A stretch of DNA of 64,000 bases from Macrostomum lignano (GCA_002269645.1 NIVC01001493.1:62001-126000), one strand, 5' to 3'; positions 12,500-25,085 are shown, counted from the first letter of the stretch. The notes: generated by a model from the letters alone, not told the origin. Translations and numbers: made by a program.

Positions 12500-14010
12500 A
12501 AGAAAGTAGAGAGAAGAGAGATTTCAAGGAGAAGAGAGGATAGAAAGATGATAGAAAAGACAGTAGATATGAGAGATGAAAGATTAAGGACGACAGAGGG
12601 GAGTGAGGCGGGAATGATGAAGAGGGAGAGAGAAGAGAAGAGAATTTAGAGGGGGGAGAGAGGAAAAATGAGAGAGCAGAGGAGGGAGGAAAGATGGGAG
12701 GAGAGAGGAGGGATAAGAGAGTACAGAGGAGAGAGAAGAGAGAGGAGAGATGAGACAGGAAACGGTAGAGAGGAGAGGGGAAAGATGACAGATGAAAAAG
12801 GAGAGGGTAAGAGAGAAAATAGGAGTATGAGAAATGAGAGCAGAGAGGAGAGACGATAGAGAAAAGAGAAGAGAGAGAGAGGACAGGGTAGAGGAGAGGC
12901 GATAGATAAGCGACTAGAGATAAGAGATGAGAGAGAAGAGGAGAGATAAGAGAGAATTGAGAGAAGACAGGAGAGAAGAGATAAGAGAGAAGAATGGAGA
13001 GAGAGAGAGAGAGAGAGAAGCGAGAAGAGAAAACTTGCTATGATATTTCAGAGGTTTTATGGAGGATTTGGAAGATTTGGAAGACTTTTTGACGTATACC
13101 CAGACAAGTAAAAAGCATATTTTTATAAACTTCAGTTTCATAGTCTTGATTGACTGAAATTCGATAGAGATAATATTTTTTAATTGATGGATTGCAGTTT
13201 AACGGAGAGGATTTTGATGATATCTGTTTCATGGAGAGGATGAAATGGCTAAATGAAATGGAATAGAGAAAAGAGAAAAGGAAAGAGAAGATAAAAGATT
13301 AGATGAAAGAGAACATAAACAGAGAGAATTAAAAGGGACAGATTAGAGAAAAGAAAAAAAGAGAATAAAGGCGAGAGAAGAGATGATGGAATTAGGAGGA
13401 GAGAGGAGAGGGGGGTAAGAGAAGAGAAAGAGGAGACAGGAGGGAGTAGAGCCGAAAGACGAGAGAGAAGAGATAAATGAGTAGAGATGAGGGGAGAGAG
13501 AGGAGAGAGAAGCGAGATTATAAGGGAGAGAGGAGAGGGGAGAAAGTAGAGAGATGAGTGAGCAGAGAGGAGATAAAGGAGAGAAGAGAGAAGAGAGAAG
13601 AGAGAAGAGATAAAAGAGGAGAGAGGAAAAAGTAGAGAGGAGAAAGTAGTGAGGAGAAAGAAGAGAGTAAATATGAGAACGCAGAGAGGAGAGATGAGAG
13701 AGTAGAGATGAGAGATGAGAGATGAGATGAGAAATGATAGATAAGCGAGGAGATGAGAGCAGAGAGGAGATAGGAGAGATTAGAGATGATAGAGCAAAGA
13801 GGAGAGAGGAGACAGGCGAGAGTCAGTCTGGATGATGGCAGGCAGTCAGTTTTTGCAAACAGGTAAAACAACATGGTTTTTGGGAGCTTAATAGAGGATT
13901 TGGAGAGGATTTGGACGATGGGATTCGTGTCATTGGATTCAGCTGATGGATTTCAGAAAATGAAATTCTGGCGATGGGAGTTCTTCCCCTTACTCCGCCA
14001 ACGGAGGAGT
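12500..14010. repeat. AG-rich low-complexity block joined to a conserved core of about 200 bp; dispersed repeat related to 31330-31930 in inverted orientation
   Basis: The reverse complement of 13810-14000 (AGGGGAAGAACTCCCATC..CCAAATCCTCT..TTTGCAAAAACT..CCAGACT) aligns by eye with 31356-31520. Both copies have a long purine/pyrimidine tract on the same side. Confidence 0.7.
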
Positions 14011-14398
14011 GGGCCTCGTTATTATATAAAACTGGCTGGCTTCATATGCAAAGATGAATGGAGAGAATGAGTTAACCCCAATTACTCAAATTGGCAGCAC
14101 TGGGCAGCTGAGAGCAAATCAAATGGTTGCAGCAGTTCTCAAAGATATAGTTTGCCAGGTGCGATTCAGACTACTTATCTTTTCACAATATGAGTAGCTA
14201 GTGTAGAATGTAATTATTGCGCGAGTATTTGTTTCAGAATGCGTGATGAAGCATTGATGTGAATAGTATATTGTGTGGTTCCTGACTGTCTCCCTCTGAT
14301 TCTACCCACTGCATTGAGATAGAAATGAAGCACTTTTGACCAGATACTCAGACCAATATCTGCATGCTCTCAGTCTCCAGCAGTCAACTCCATCCTGA

Positions 14399-14878
14399 CA
14401 GGGCCTTTAGCACCAGGGGCTTTAGCACCAGGGGCTTTAGCACTAGGGGCTTTAGCACCAGGGGCTTTAGCACTAGGGGCTTTAGCACCAGGGGCTTTAG
14501 CACCAGGGGCTTTAGCACCAGGGACTTTAGCACCAGGGGCTTCAGCACCAGGGGCGCCAGCACCAGGGGCGCCAGCACTAGGGGCTTTAGCACCAGGGGC
14601 TTTAGCACCAGGGGCTTTAGCACCAGGGGCTTTAGCACCAGGGGCTTTAGCACCAGGGGCTTTAGCACCAGGGGCTTTAGCACCAGGGGCTTTAGCACCA
14701 GGGGCTTTAGCACCAGGGGCTTTAGCACCAGGGGCTTTAGCACCAGGGGCTTTAGCACCAGGGGCTTTAGCACCAGGGGCTTTAGCACCAGGGGCTTTAG
14801 CACCAGGGGCTTTAGCACCAGGGGCTTTAGCACCAAGGGCTTTAGCACCAGGGGCTTTAGCACCAGGGGCTTCAGCCA
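14399..14878. repeat. 15-bp minisatellite (GGGGCTTTAGCACCA), about 32 copies
   Basis: Direct periodicity; the STRGF and KPLVL ORFs are repeat translations. Confidence 0.95.
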
Positions 14879-15977
14879 GAACATTGCATTTTCAACCAGA
14901 TATGGCTTTACTGCATGCCCGGACGTACAAGCTTTATTATTAGTACAAATTGTCGACTTACATATACAATGTGGCTGAGTGATGCAGCTACCAAATATTT
15001 CAGAGATAACAAACACGGATTCTGGGTCTGAAACCTTTCCAGAAAATAAATTATCAATCTCCAGGCGACCGCAATGGGCGGCTCGCACCAGCAGCAGCCT
15101 CATCAATCAATTGGAATTCCACTGTGCTGGGAGAAAGACAACTGCATACAAAAGGAAATCTATAGTGGACCAATTAGCAAAAGGTCAGAATATATACATA
15201 TAAGAGCTAGACAAAATCGGATTATTCTCCTCTAGACGAAATTGATAGTATTTGCGCAGCTAAAACAACTTTTGGCTATAGATATTTGCTTGTTACACTC
15301 CTTGAATCTAGCTTTGATGTCTAGTAGTTTTTTATGAGAATTTACGGTTTAAAAATGTTTGGGGGCAAAGAAGGGACAGAACAGCTGAATAAGTAATAGC
15401 TACGAACTTCGATTAGTTTACGTACAGTTACTGGAAGTACTGGAAGTAAAAATTAACCAGCTACATGACTCTAAAGTAAATCAATAAATCAAAAACGAGA
15501 AAACTGAGAATGATGGCCCGACTCTGAGCATGCATACGGCGTGTACACCCACTGGGTCCGCTTTGGAGGGGAGTTTGGGGTTTGGGGAAATCGACCAAAG
15601 GGAACTTTGACGACCCCAACGTTTTCGCCCAAAAGAAAACGTTAAATCTCCACTTTTGTAACACTCTGACTTAGGCTTAGTTAACTCTCTCAACGTTTCC
15701 CAAAGCTTCAGCTTTCTAGGTAACCCTCTGGACTGAGTCAACTTACCTTTTATCAGCTGTAAATCAGATCGAGATACTTGCTAATGAACTCGAGAAACAG
15801 TCAGAGAAGCGCTTCTGATTTACTTTTGCCAGGTAGCAGCGTTGAACTACGCATAGACGAGCCTATAGCGCTTAGGGAGTTAGACCAACCAATAGAAAAT
15901 TCGAACGGCAGAAAAACATCTTTCCAAAAATAGGATCGGCCTCTGATCCCCATGTCTAGAAGATGGGGTAGGTAAGT

Positions 15978-17493
15978 CACAGAATATACACAGAATGGCG
16001 AATCTCGCATTTTGAGAAAATTTCTTGCACAAGAATGATATTCTATACTGGCTACTCTTGGTGTGAAGAAAAACTGAGTAGGCTGAATGGCACTTTACAA
16101 AGTCTTTGCCATTTATTGCGGGTTTGTCCCACAGAATATAGGAAGGCTTGATAGAACCAACCCACCCGCCCTTCTAAACTGTGCTATTTTTAGAAACTAC
16201 CTTAAGGCTGGCCCTGCCTTCTGCTGCCAAAGACAGCTGCCTTGGGCGTTCTAGCACGAGCTCGTGGCGTGAAAGCATGCAGGTCAAATGCATTAATGAT
16301 CGCGCTAACCTGTCTTTGCTGTATTGCATTCTCTATGGCCCAAGCTGGTGCTGCTGAGGCTAGGTTTGGCATATCTGCTAGAGTTTGAATACGCAGTTTA
16401 TGGTGATACTGTTTTTGCATGACTGCGTCTGCTTCGAGGCTTCAGTGCTCTGCGTACGGATGCCCCAACTACGCCGGCAAGTGTCCGCCGGGGCACTGGA
16501 TTTCACCGGTTTCCAGCAGCCAGAGAGCATCCAAGGCTGCAGTGAGCCAAGAAGCTCCAGAACCAGTCCACCTGCAGGGCAACACTTGTGACTCAGATCT
16601 CACGGAAGCAGGTGATGAGCTCTTTGCTACATCGGATGACTTAGATCACGAGAAGTGCGCATATGTTGGCGGTTGGTTGCTGTTCCGCTTCTTTAAAACC
16701 GAGTGCAAGTGTAAGGTGTGCCAGCAGGAACTGAAGGGAGCAATTCGGACACACGTCCTGCGACTGAAGTGCAAGCGGGATGACAGCTTAGTCACCCCAA
16801 GCAGAGCAGTTATCAGAGCTGTCACTGAGATGGAACGCCAATTCAAATTGCTGGAAGTGACAGAGTTCATGCATGCTGGTGTGTCACACAGAATCAGCAA
16901 ATTATTGGCCAATTGCATCAGGCCCCATATATTGCGACTCATTGCGCTGAGCACTCAGAGAGATGCGTGATGAGCATTGCGAGGCTGTTCTCGAAGCTGC
17001 GCTTGCACCATTGGTGCAATGGGCGCAGGATTGCGGCTCGGGAGAGAAAGCGCGGGCGAGCATTTTGCAATGAGCAATCGAAGAAGTTCAAGAGGATGAG
17101 TGCGATTGCATGAGATTTGCAATTTCTGTTGCGTCTGGCATTTCCTGCCTGGCGTGCAGCGCTAAAACTAAACCTGTTGTTATATGTTTGTTACTTTTGT
17201 CTTTTAGCTTACATATACATGGCAATGAGGTTATAACAGTTGTTACTACTGCTCATGACTTTGCCCACGCACCGTTATGTACAAATTAATTACAAGGATA
17301 GGGCAGCATTCATCTGCAGCGTCAAAACGACGACTCAAAGCTTTCAAAGGCTGTCTTGAGCTCGACTTTTACATTCAACTTTGCGTTAAAAAAATCGCAA
17401 CTACTTATCAGCTTCACAACGTTAGTAGTGCAATCGTATTTATTTTCGCTTTCATCGAGAACTGCCGATTCGCCATTCTGTGTATATTCTGTG
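15978..17493 (+). mobile_element. Internally deleted P-superfamily (THAP-type) DNA transposon, 1516 bp
   Basis: Perfect 27-bp TIRs CACAGAATATACACAGAATGGCGAATC (15978-16004 and 17467-17493), CA...TG ends, 8-bp flanking duplication with 1 mismatch (AGGTAAGT / AGGTAAGC), and an internal transposase remnant. Confidence 0.82.
16419..17113 (+). pseudogene. P-element/THAP9-like transposase remnant: THAP start fused to the C-terminal region, catalytic core missing
   Basis: CSAYGCPN followed by FHRFP in a shifted frame (THAP N-terminus); then AYVGGWLL..CKVC..LVTPS..V..E..F and, after another shift, CAEH..IARLFSKLRLHH, which resembles P-transposase C-termini. Confidence 0.72.
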
Positions 17494-18151
17494 AGGTAAG
17501 CATTGCATTAAATTAATGATTCAATACATTCCCTATTCTATTTTAAGATTTAAGAGTAAGGCAGCAGAGCCAACCCAAGTAAAATGCACTTCACCGTGAA
17601 TAGAAATTAAAATATATATCACAGTGTATTCGCCAAGCGAAATTCAAATAACTGATCAGCTGAACTTAGCTGGCATCGCCTCTGGTATTTTGGACCGTTC
17701 GGCGACATCTGCCCATTCCACTGACTCCTTGAGCACACACAAGCGCGACAATGATGTACGCATGCACGCACTCCTACACACGCTCACACAATGTGCACAA
17801 TGGCCCTGACTTTCCAATCGTCTGACATGTACACTACTCCGCTCCCAGCCATTATGATAGGCAGCAGTTACTGCTCAGTGTTGTAGCAATATTACGCAGT
17901 TACACACAGTTAAGTTTGCACTAGCCTTCAAATTTTGTAGACCAGCAAATTCAAAATTCTTTTGAATTCTTTTGAAAAGCCTGAGTTTAGACCATAGACT
18001 ACGTCAGGCCCAACCCAGACTGTATCGAGAAACTTCTCTTAATCTTTTAGACTTCTTGAGCATTAGCTTAAACTTTTAGTGGCTTATTAATCAGACTCGT
18101 TCGACCCGAAAGCAGTCTGAGCTAAACGAAAAACTAATAAGATCCAAAAAT

Positions 18152-19096
18152 ATGACGTCCACATCGGAACGAACAATTGCTGCTGTTCCTATCGACAGGT
18201 CGGCGACACCCACCAGCAGTCACGTCCCAGCGTCCGTGACACCGAAGCAGAACCAGGAGTCCGACGTGCATAGCATACTCTACGAGCCGTGCATTCGACC
18301 GTCCGGTATCCGTGGCAGCAGATGGTCGTTAGCTTCCGCCAGTCCCAGTAGAGACGAGTCGGAGCCTCTAAGGCAGCGTAAGTACATTTAGCTACTATTG
18401 TGTTGACAATGGGTTCAAGCGTAAGGAAGCCGATGCAAAAAAAGAAAAGCAATTCTATTTCATTTCTAATTCCATATAGGCACCGTCGACAAGTCGGTCC
18501 AGACCTGCACCGATCAACACGAATTTAATGCCCAAGTGGCCAACCCAATCGGCATGGACGTCAGCGACCAGAGCAACGAGGAGGTGCACACTGATGCAGG
18601 CGAGGGTAGCGAGCAGCTGTGCAGCAGCGGGGAGGTGAGGATGTCTGCCACCGGAGGCGAAGGTGGTGGTGGTGGCGGCGGCGGCGGCGGCAGCGGGGTG
18701 AATCGCTCGCACAGTCAGGACAGCTTGAACACCTGGCCGCCCAGATCGCCAGCCAATCGACATTTGAACTGCCGGGCCGCAGTGCAAAAACGGAAGAGAA
18801 TGAGAAGCGACTCAAGGCACGAGGAGCCAACTCCTGCTGCTGCACCGTCAGGCGGCGCATTGGCAACGATGCCTCCGGTGAACTGGACAGTGAGGCGGCT
18901 GGCCCCGAATCCACCTCGCAGCCAACGGCAGACCGTACTGCGAATACGAGCCTCGAATTTAATACTCTATATCGTGATCGCCTGGCTCGTGTACGCGCTG
19001 TTCCAGGAGTCCTACATGTACCCGGCTTTCAATCGCTGCCCGGAAGTGATGAACAATGGACGCGGGTTTTCCACCCTTTCCCATCATCTGTATTGA
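18152..19096 (+). CDS. Orphan low-complexity protein with a C-terminal hydrophobic helix, about 280 aa, 2 exons
   Basis: Exons 18152-18377 and 18480-19096 join in frame (GTAAGT..ATAG, phase 1, 843 nt); poly-Gly tract; TM-like LILYIVIAWLVYALF. No recognisable domain. Confidence 0.6.
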
Positions 19097-19994
19097 TCCA
19101 CGTTGAACTATGCTGAAGCTACGAGACATTGGCTACTTGAACAAATTTTCTGTTGAATATTCACTGAATAGAGTCAAAGAAAGATTTAATTTTCGATGCA
19201 AAAATAAATTGTGCTCGTTAAAACGGGCACCCGTCTGTTTTGAACTGAAATCGCCAACACACAAAGGTGTTTTAATGTGCGTTAAAACAATATTTTTTTC
19301 GCTTGGAAAGACAGGTGTCAGATTCAAAAGTAAATCGTGACTTCGTGCAGTGCCTCCCACGATATGCGATTCTTATTATTTGGCCCCATGCATCGAAATG
19401 ACAGCGCCAATTCTCTCTAGCTGTCTCGTATAGCTAGCATTGCACTTTGCGCGATGCAACTCCTCCCTCGCAGGTTTGTCAGAAGGAATGGCGAGATAGG
19501 GCTGGCTGTATAGAAAACGGCTACTTATTATTCACAGAAGAAGCGATTTGACTATCTGGAATGCTTCCGTGTGTCTCATTGTAGGATTTGGTTCGGGCTA
19601 TGACTTCAGAGGAGCTTCAAGTAGGAAAAACTCTCCTTACCTTTGCATTGAGTGATATGGCGATGTGACTTCCCGGCCCGACGCCCCTCTCCTCACTGCA
19701 ACAGCTGCGAAATGGGCCGATAAGCGATTCGATTCCGCCCCCCCCCACCTTGAGGCAATCGATTTCCTCTGAGACACGGCGCAGTCATTTCTGTCCGGCC
19801 GGCGCTGGGTTAAGGATCGCCTCGAAGGAGAAAAATTCTCAACGTTCCTCATTTTTTGAATTTCGACAAGCCAAAGAAGCCGAGGCTTTGCTGCTATTGC
19901 TGCAATATTCGAGGTCGACCGTCTGCAGGCGAAAACTTTATCAGGATTCTAATCGGAAACTTCATAACCCCGCTACAAAAGATAAAAGTTGACA

Positions 19995-22234
19995 ATGAAC
20001 AGGTGGGCGTTGATACTCTTTGCCGCACTAATCTGCGTCAGTAGCGTCTGCATCGGCAGTGTCAATGGAGGTATGTCACAGGCTTAAATCTCTATGCTTT
20101 GTCAATTCGCTGAACTAAAAATGAGTTGTCTCTAGTTTCTAACTAAACATGCATCTATTGTTTTGCATGCCAATTAAATCACTGATTAGATGATGACGAA
20201 ATTTTTTGTTTATTTTGTGCATCTCGTAGGTCTTTTGCGGAAGCTTCGGGGCTCTTACTTAGGTGTCGAAAGCTGTCAAATTTGCAGGCAAACAGAGCAA
20301 CTTGTTTAATCCGATTAATTTTCAATGAATTTCGCAGCTGCCGCAACAACCTCTACTACGGCTGCCACCACGGCAAAAGTAAGCACAGCGAAGGGCACTG
20401 TGGCTGCCACAACTACGGCTAAAGTGCTACCACAGCGGCTGCTACTACAACTGCTAAAGCAGCAACCACAGGTGCCGCAGCAAACGCGACTAAGACAACT
20501 CCCACTAAACCAGCTGTCACCACTGGCAAGCCCCATGCCAACAGTACGTCAACAGCGAAGGTGACCACCACACCAAAGACCACGCCGACTACGACCGAGT
20601 TCAAACCGTTCCCAGAGATCCAATGCTACATGCCATTCTGGCGGGCCGGGGTGTGGCACCACACCTGCATCAAGTACAATGACTTTGGCGACTTCTGGTG
20701 CTCGCTAACTGCCAACTTCACCAAAGATGAGAACTGGAAGAGGTGCCGATGTGAGTTGTGCCCAATAATTAGAAAAGACCCACTTCTAGGTATGAATCAG
20801 TTTCAACAGCACACCCATTAATGGTTTCCAGCGCCTGACCTGAAGCGCTTCCAGTGCCACATCCCGTTTGAGTTCGAGGGAAAGAACCACACCAGCTGCC
20901 TGCCGATTAAAGAGAACTCCAAGCACGGCCGCGGGGCTCACCACAGCTTCTGGTGCGCCACCGTGCCTAAGATTGACAAGTTCTCGCCCCACGGCACCGA
21001 CTGGGCCTACTGCGAGCACCGGAACGCCACAGGCGTGGCCTACCTCAAGAAGGTCGGCCCGCATAAGAACATCGCGGCCGCCAAGAAAAACGCTACAGTC
21101 AGCGCCAAGAGCGACAAAAATGCCACGGAGTCCGCCGCTGCCGCTGCCGCAGCCGGCGCTCCTGGCAAAGCTCTGAACGGAGCGGCAGGCGGCCAGGGCG
21201 CTTCCGGAGCCTCGGGCGCCGGGTTGAGCGCCTCAGCCACGATCGGCATTGCTGTGGGCGTCGTCTGCTCGGTGCTCGCTGTGGTGGCCGTGGTGGCCGG
21301 AGTTGCTATCCGCAAGCGGTTTGTGCCCTACACCCAGTTGTATAAGCTATCAATCATTTTAAAGTGACTGTCAGGTTGTTTATACTCATCTATGAGGGTT
21401 TCCACGAGGCGATTCAGTTAGGAATCATTTCAGAAAAGAAGCGGCAGCTTAGCCAACGACCAAATATATCTTTTTTAGTGCGTCTCCTAGCCAATTGCAG
21501 TTACGCTATATTTTCATTAATTTGAGGCTAATTACACATGCATGTAATTACACCTAATAATATCTAACTTGCACCTAGTTATACCTAATTATAGCCTAAT
21601 TAAACATAATTGCACCTAATTACAGTCTAATTACACATAACTACACCTAATTGTACCTAATTTGCACCTAGTTATAGCTAATTATAGCCTAATTAAACAT
21701 AATTACACCTAATTGTACCTAATTTGCACCTAGTTATACCTAATGACAGCCTAATTAAACATAATTGCACCTACTTCTAAATGCAGTCTAATTACACATA
21801 ACTACACCTAATTATACCTATTTTGCACATAGTTATACCTAATTATAGCAGAATAACACTTAATTACACAAACGCTCGCATTTGCACCTAATTACAGCCT
21901 AATTACACATAATACCACACATAATTACACCTAATTATAGCCTAATAACACATAATCACACACACTCTCGTGATTACATCTAATTAGGTCGTGGAAACTA
22001 GCTATCTGCGAATAAAATCTAGTTTTAGAACGTAAATTCAATATATCTAAACAGTCCATGGCAATATTTAATAGTCTTTTTACTTTCACCAAAATCTAAA
22101 CGATGATTTGATAGCAAAATAATAGTCAAGCTGTTTCAAATCACCAAATTTGCAGTCGGCGCAACGGCCAGCACAAGGCGCTGCTGCAGACCCGCGAGAA
22201 GGGGACCTACGGTGGGATGGAGGCGAGCAATTAA
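19995..22234 (+). CDS. Type I membrane protein: signal peptide, Thr/Ala mucin-like stalk, two fibronectin type II-like domains, TM, short tail (about 351 aa; 1-nt frameshift at about 20425)
   Basis: Exons 19995-20070, 20338-20750, 20832-21318, 22156-22234. Signal MNRWALILFAALICVSSVCIG; FN2-like CYMPFW..C..WCSLTANF..WKRC and CHIPFEFEG..C..WCAT..WAYC; TM IGIAVGVVCSVLAVVAVVAGVAI followed by RKR. Total length is one base short of a multiple of 3. Confidence 0.75.
21545..21990. repeat. AT-rich degenerate 10-11-bp tandem repeat (TAATTACACC-like) in the last intron of the FN2 gene
   Basis: Repeated TAATT[AG]CAC[AC]T motifs. Confidence 0.8.
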
Positions 22235-23849
22235 CCGCCTGGCAACGGTCGACCTGGATACTGAAGCGTTGAGGCTGCACGAAGGTTCAAGGATTGACGA
22301 GTTGACAGCTGATGGCTACATGAGTTTGACACGCAACTGCGCCTATTCAGTGTTCCAGCAGTCCACCATTGCTGACTTTATTTGAAACTGTATGGGCACG
22401 TAATTAGGGTTGTGATGAACGGTTCAAATTTTCAATCCAATAAATTAACTAAACTTATTTTCAGTGGTGCAATAACCCAGTGTGCATCGTATCGGCATTC
22501 ATTATTCTCGCTTTTTGGTGATTGGGTGTCCCGAAAAAATGTCATGCACTGCGTGTACTACTCACTGCACGCATGCTTGAGTAGCTGTAGGAAAACATTT
22601 TTGTGTTTGAATAAAAATTATTGACTTCATCTGGCTATTCGGAAATTTAATATCTATTTAAAGACGCTTCCTTCAAAAGTAAAGTTGAAGCCAAAATGAA
22701 AATGAATAAATTTGATGTCAATAAACTGGTTATTTTGTCAAGTTTGTTTGGGTTGTACGCTTAACGCCTGCATGATTTCCATCAGTTTTCAGGACCCACA
22801 GCTGTATCTCAGAATCGTCAATTTTGACAGTGATCCGAACGAGTTTTACTACAAGTACACTTTAAATGGCACAGGCAGCATCAGAGCGCGAGATCACTCA
22901 AGCAACACCGTGATTGTAAAGATTCTTGCTCTAGCTTCGCGCACTCGTGCTTTTGCTATGACACACTCGTTAGCGTTCATGAATACCATTCTTATTTGAT
23001 TCTGCGTGCAGAATTGCTAATCTTCCACGCTCAAGCGTGCAGAATTGATTTTGTCTATGGTTGAACTTAATGGTCTATCCTTAAGATAGAATCAATTAAG
23101 AATGCTGTATACATCAGCCATAAACTACTCTACGAGTTGCAAGTGATATGCATTCCATGCAGAAGCAGCTTTCGATTCTAAAGTACCAACTGAATCAGCC
23201 GAAGAAATTCACTGTCGAAAGTTTTCATTGCAAACAAGAATTTTTCATGAGCATTATGCAAATGTGACACTGATTAGTTAATAATTAGTCAAGAGCGGAA
23301 GTAAGCAAGCCATGTCCCAAGCATTTCAACCGAACTCCACTGCTGTGTGCAGCGGCTGCAGCCACATTCGAGCCCATCGGCAGGGGTTCCGAGCACCATA
23401 CTGAGTGCGCCAAGGCACTTGCTTCGAAACTAGAGAAATTCGGATCAGGGTGCTCATAGTGTAATGTAAAATTCAGCGAAGCTTAGGCGCATTGAGCTGG
23501 GTTGTTATGTTCTGCTGTAATGAATCGAATGCATTGGAAAGTTTGCAACTAAATTTTTAGGTACGACCCGAGAGGGTTTACAGAAATTCTAAACCAATCA
23601 ATAGCCGGTGCAAATTATTTGCATTACTCGTATTTGCCTCAGCCACTCAGTCTGATGTTGCTCCACGGCGCCCCTGTGAAACCAGAGTCGTCAGCCCGAT
23701 TCGCCGGTGCTCCGCTCCAGTCCCGCCTGTCCCGCTGCAGCGTTGTCCGACCATCAGATGCTCGTAGGTCTCTCGTTGAGCTCATGGGGCTGGGCTCGCC
23801 GGTGGTGTCTCTGGCAGCACAATGCCCAGCTCTTCGCTCGTCTCCTTTC

Positions 23850-24110
23850 CTAATCGTGTCCGTCACGATGATGAAGTTGATGCTGGCGCTGATGTTGTAG
23901 ACGGCGGTCTGAAGCTTGGCCATCCCGAGCGTAGCCAGTGGCTTCCTGGAGCCGAACGTGTGCACTCGACGCTTTCATGCCTGGAGATCCCCTGCCCTGC
24001 CTCCGATTGACCAGAATGTCTTCAGGCTCATCAGGTTGCAGCCGGCGCCGCTGTCGATCAGAAGGTCGGCTTTGCGGCTCCTGATGGCCGCTTTGACGTG
24101 CGGCAGGCGA
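23850..24110 (-). pseudogene. Retrotransposon-type aspartic protease fragment with an in-frame TGA
   Basis: Minus-strand translation LPHVKAAIRSRKADLLIDSGAGCNLMSLKTFW..LQA*KRRVHTFGSRKPLATLG..FIIV contains the D-S-G active-site motif. No LTR, RT or integrase nearby. Confidence 0.6.
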
Positions 24111-25085
24111 TTCTTTCTGCGGCAGAATTATAAGATCAAAATAAATACAGGTTTATATTCTACAATCGTTTTTCCTAAAATAGTCACTAATTAAGACGAA
24201 AATAGATATTCAATTGACGACTTAGGGTCTTAATAAGTCTTACAAAGTTAAAAATCAATAATACTGATTATAAGCTGCAGCTACACGTACGAGGCTGTAA
24301 TAGAAAAATCAACTCTGTAACGTATTTATTTTTAACAAATATATATTGCCAGTAAAATTAGACTAAGGGATTTAAATTGTATGACCTGAAATTAAGTCGA
24401 GAAGACGCTTTTGCTTTTCTTTTACGATATTATAAGCGAACGTACATATATGAATATATACCTGTAGGTGACACTGATTAAGGAGTCCTATATATACGGC
24501 TGGGAGCAGTGCCCGTGTTAAATAAGACCAGTAGAGGCTAGCAGCAACTGTTGCATCTGTGGGAAAACCTGCAACGTCTGCAAGAAGCCAGGCTCTGCAT
24601 GCTGATCTGCTGTTCGGTTTCGGGACTGCATTCACTGTATACACGGAGCAGAAGAGACGTGGGCCACCAGCTGCTGCAAGATCAACGGAGCGCGAAGTCA
24701 GGGTCGGGAGTCACCGATCGCGTGTCTATCAGCTTTATCTTCTATTTTATCCTTTCTGTTGAGTTTTTTACGCTTGAATGTAAATCAAAATGATGTTTTT
24801 TTTCTACGCTGTTTTTTGTGCCCGATCAAAGATCAACATGTTCTGGAAAATAGTTTGTCACACAGACAGAGAAATAAAGAACTCATAAAACTGGCTCAAA
24901 GCAGTGCTATTCTTGAATTTATGCTTCATTGTGTCAGTTTGCTTCACCACGCTGCTGCTTATCTTTCTTGATCAATCAGACAGTCTGTCACCATCAATGC
25001 AGAGTATTGCAAGGTCTCAACACAAGCTACGAGCTTCAAATTTATAAAGTACTCAAAGAGCTACAAAGTTATTCAAAGTTGGTAG

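Noticed and set aside
14364-15106. STRGF and KPLVL repeat proteins
   Set aside because: 15-bp tandem repeat open on both strands, with no supported splice or domain context.
22788-22925. Possible plus-strand exon DPQLYLRIVNFDSDPNEFYYKY
   Set aside because: No recognisable domain or partner exon; the FN2 gene already terminates at 22234.
24545-24605. GKTCNVCKKPG resembling a Gag zinc knuckle
   Set aside because: Lacks the His, is followed by a stop, and lies on the opposite strand to the nearby protease relic.
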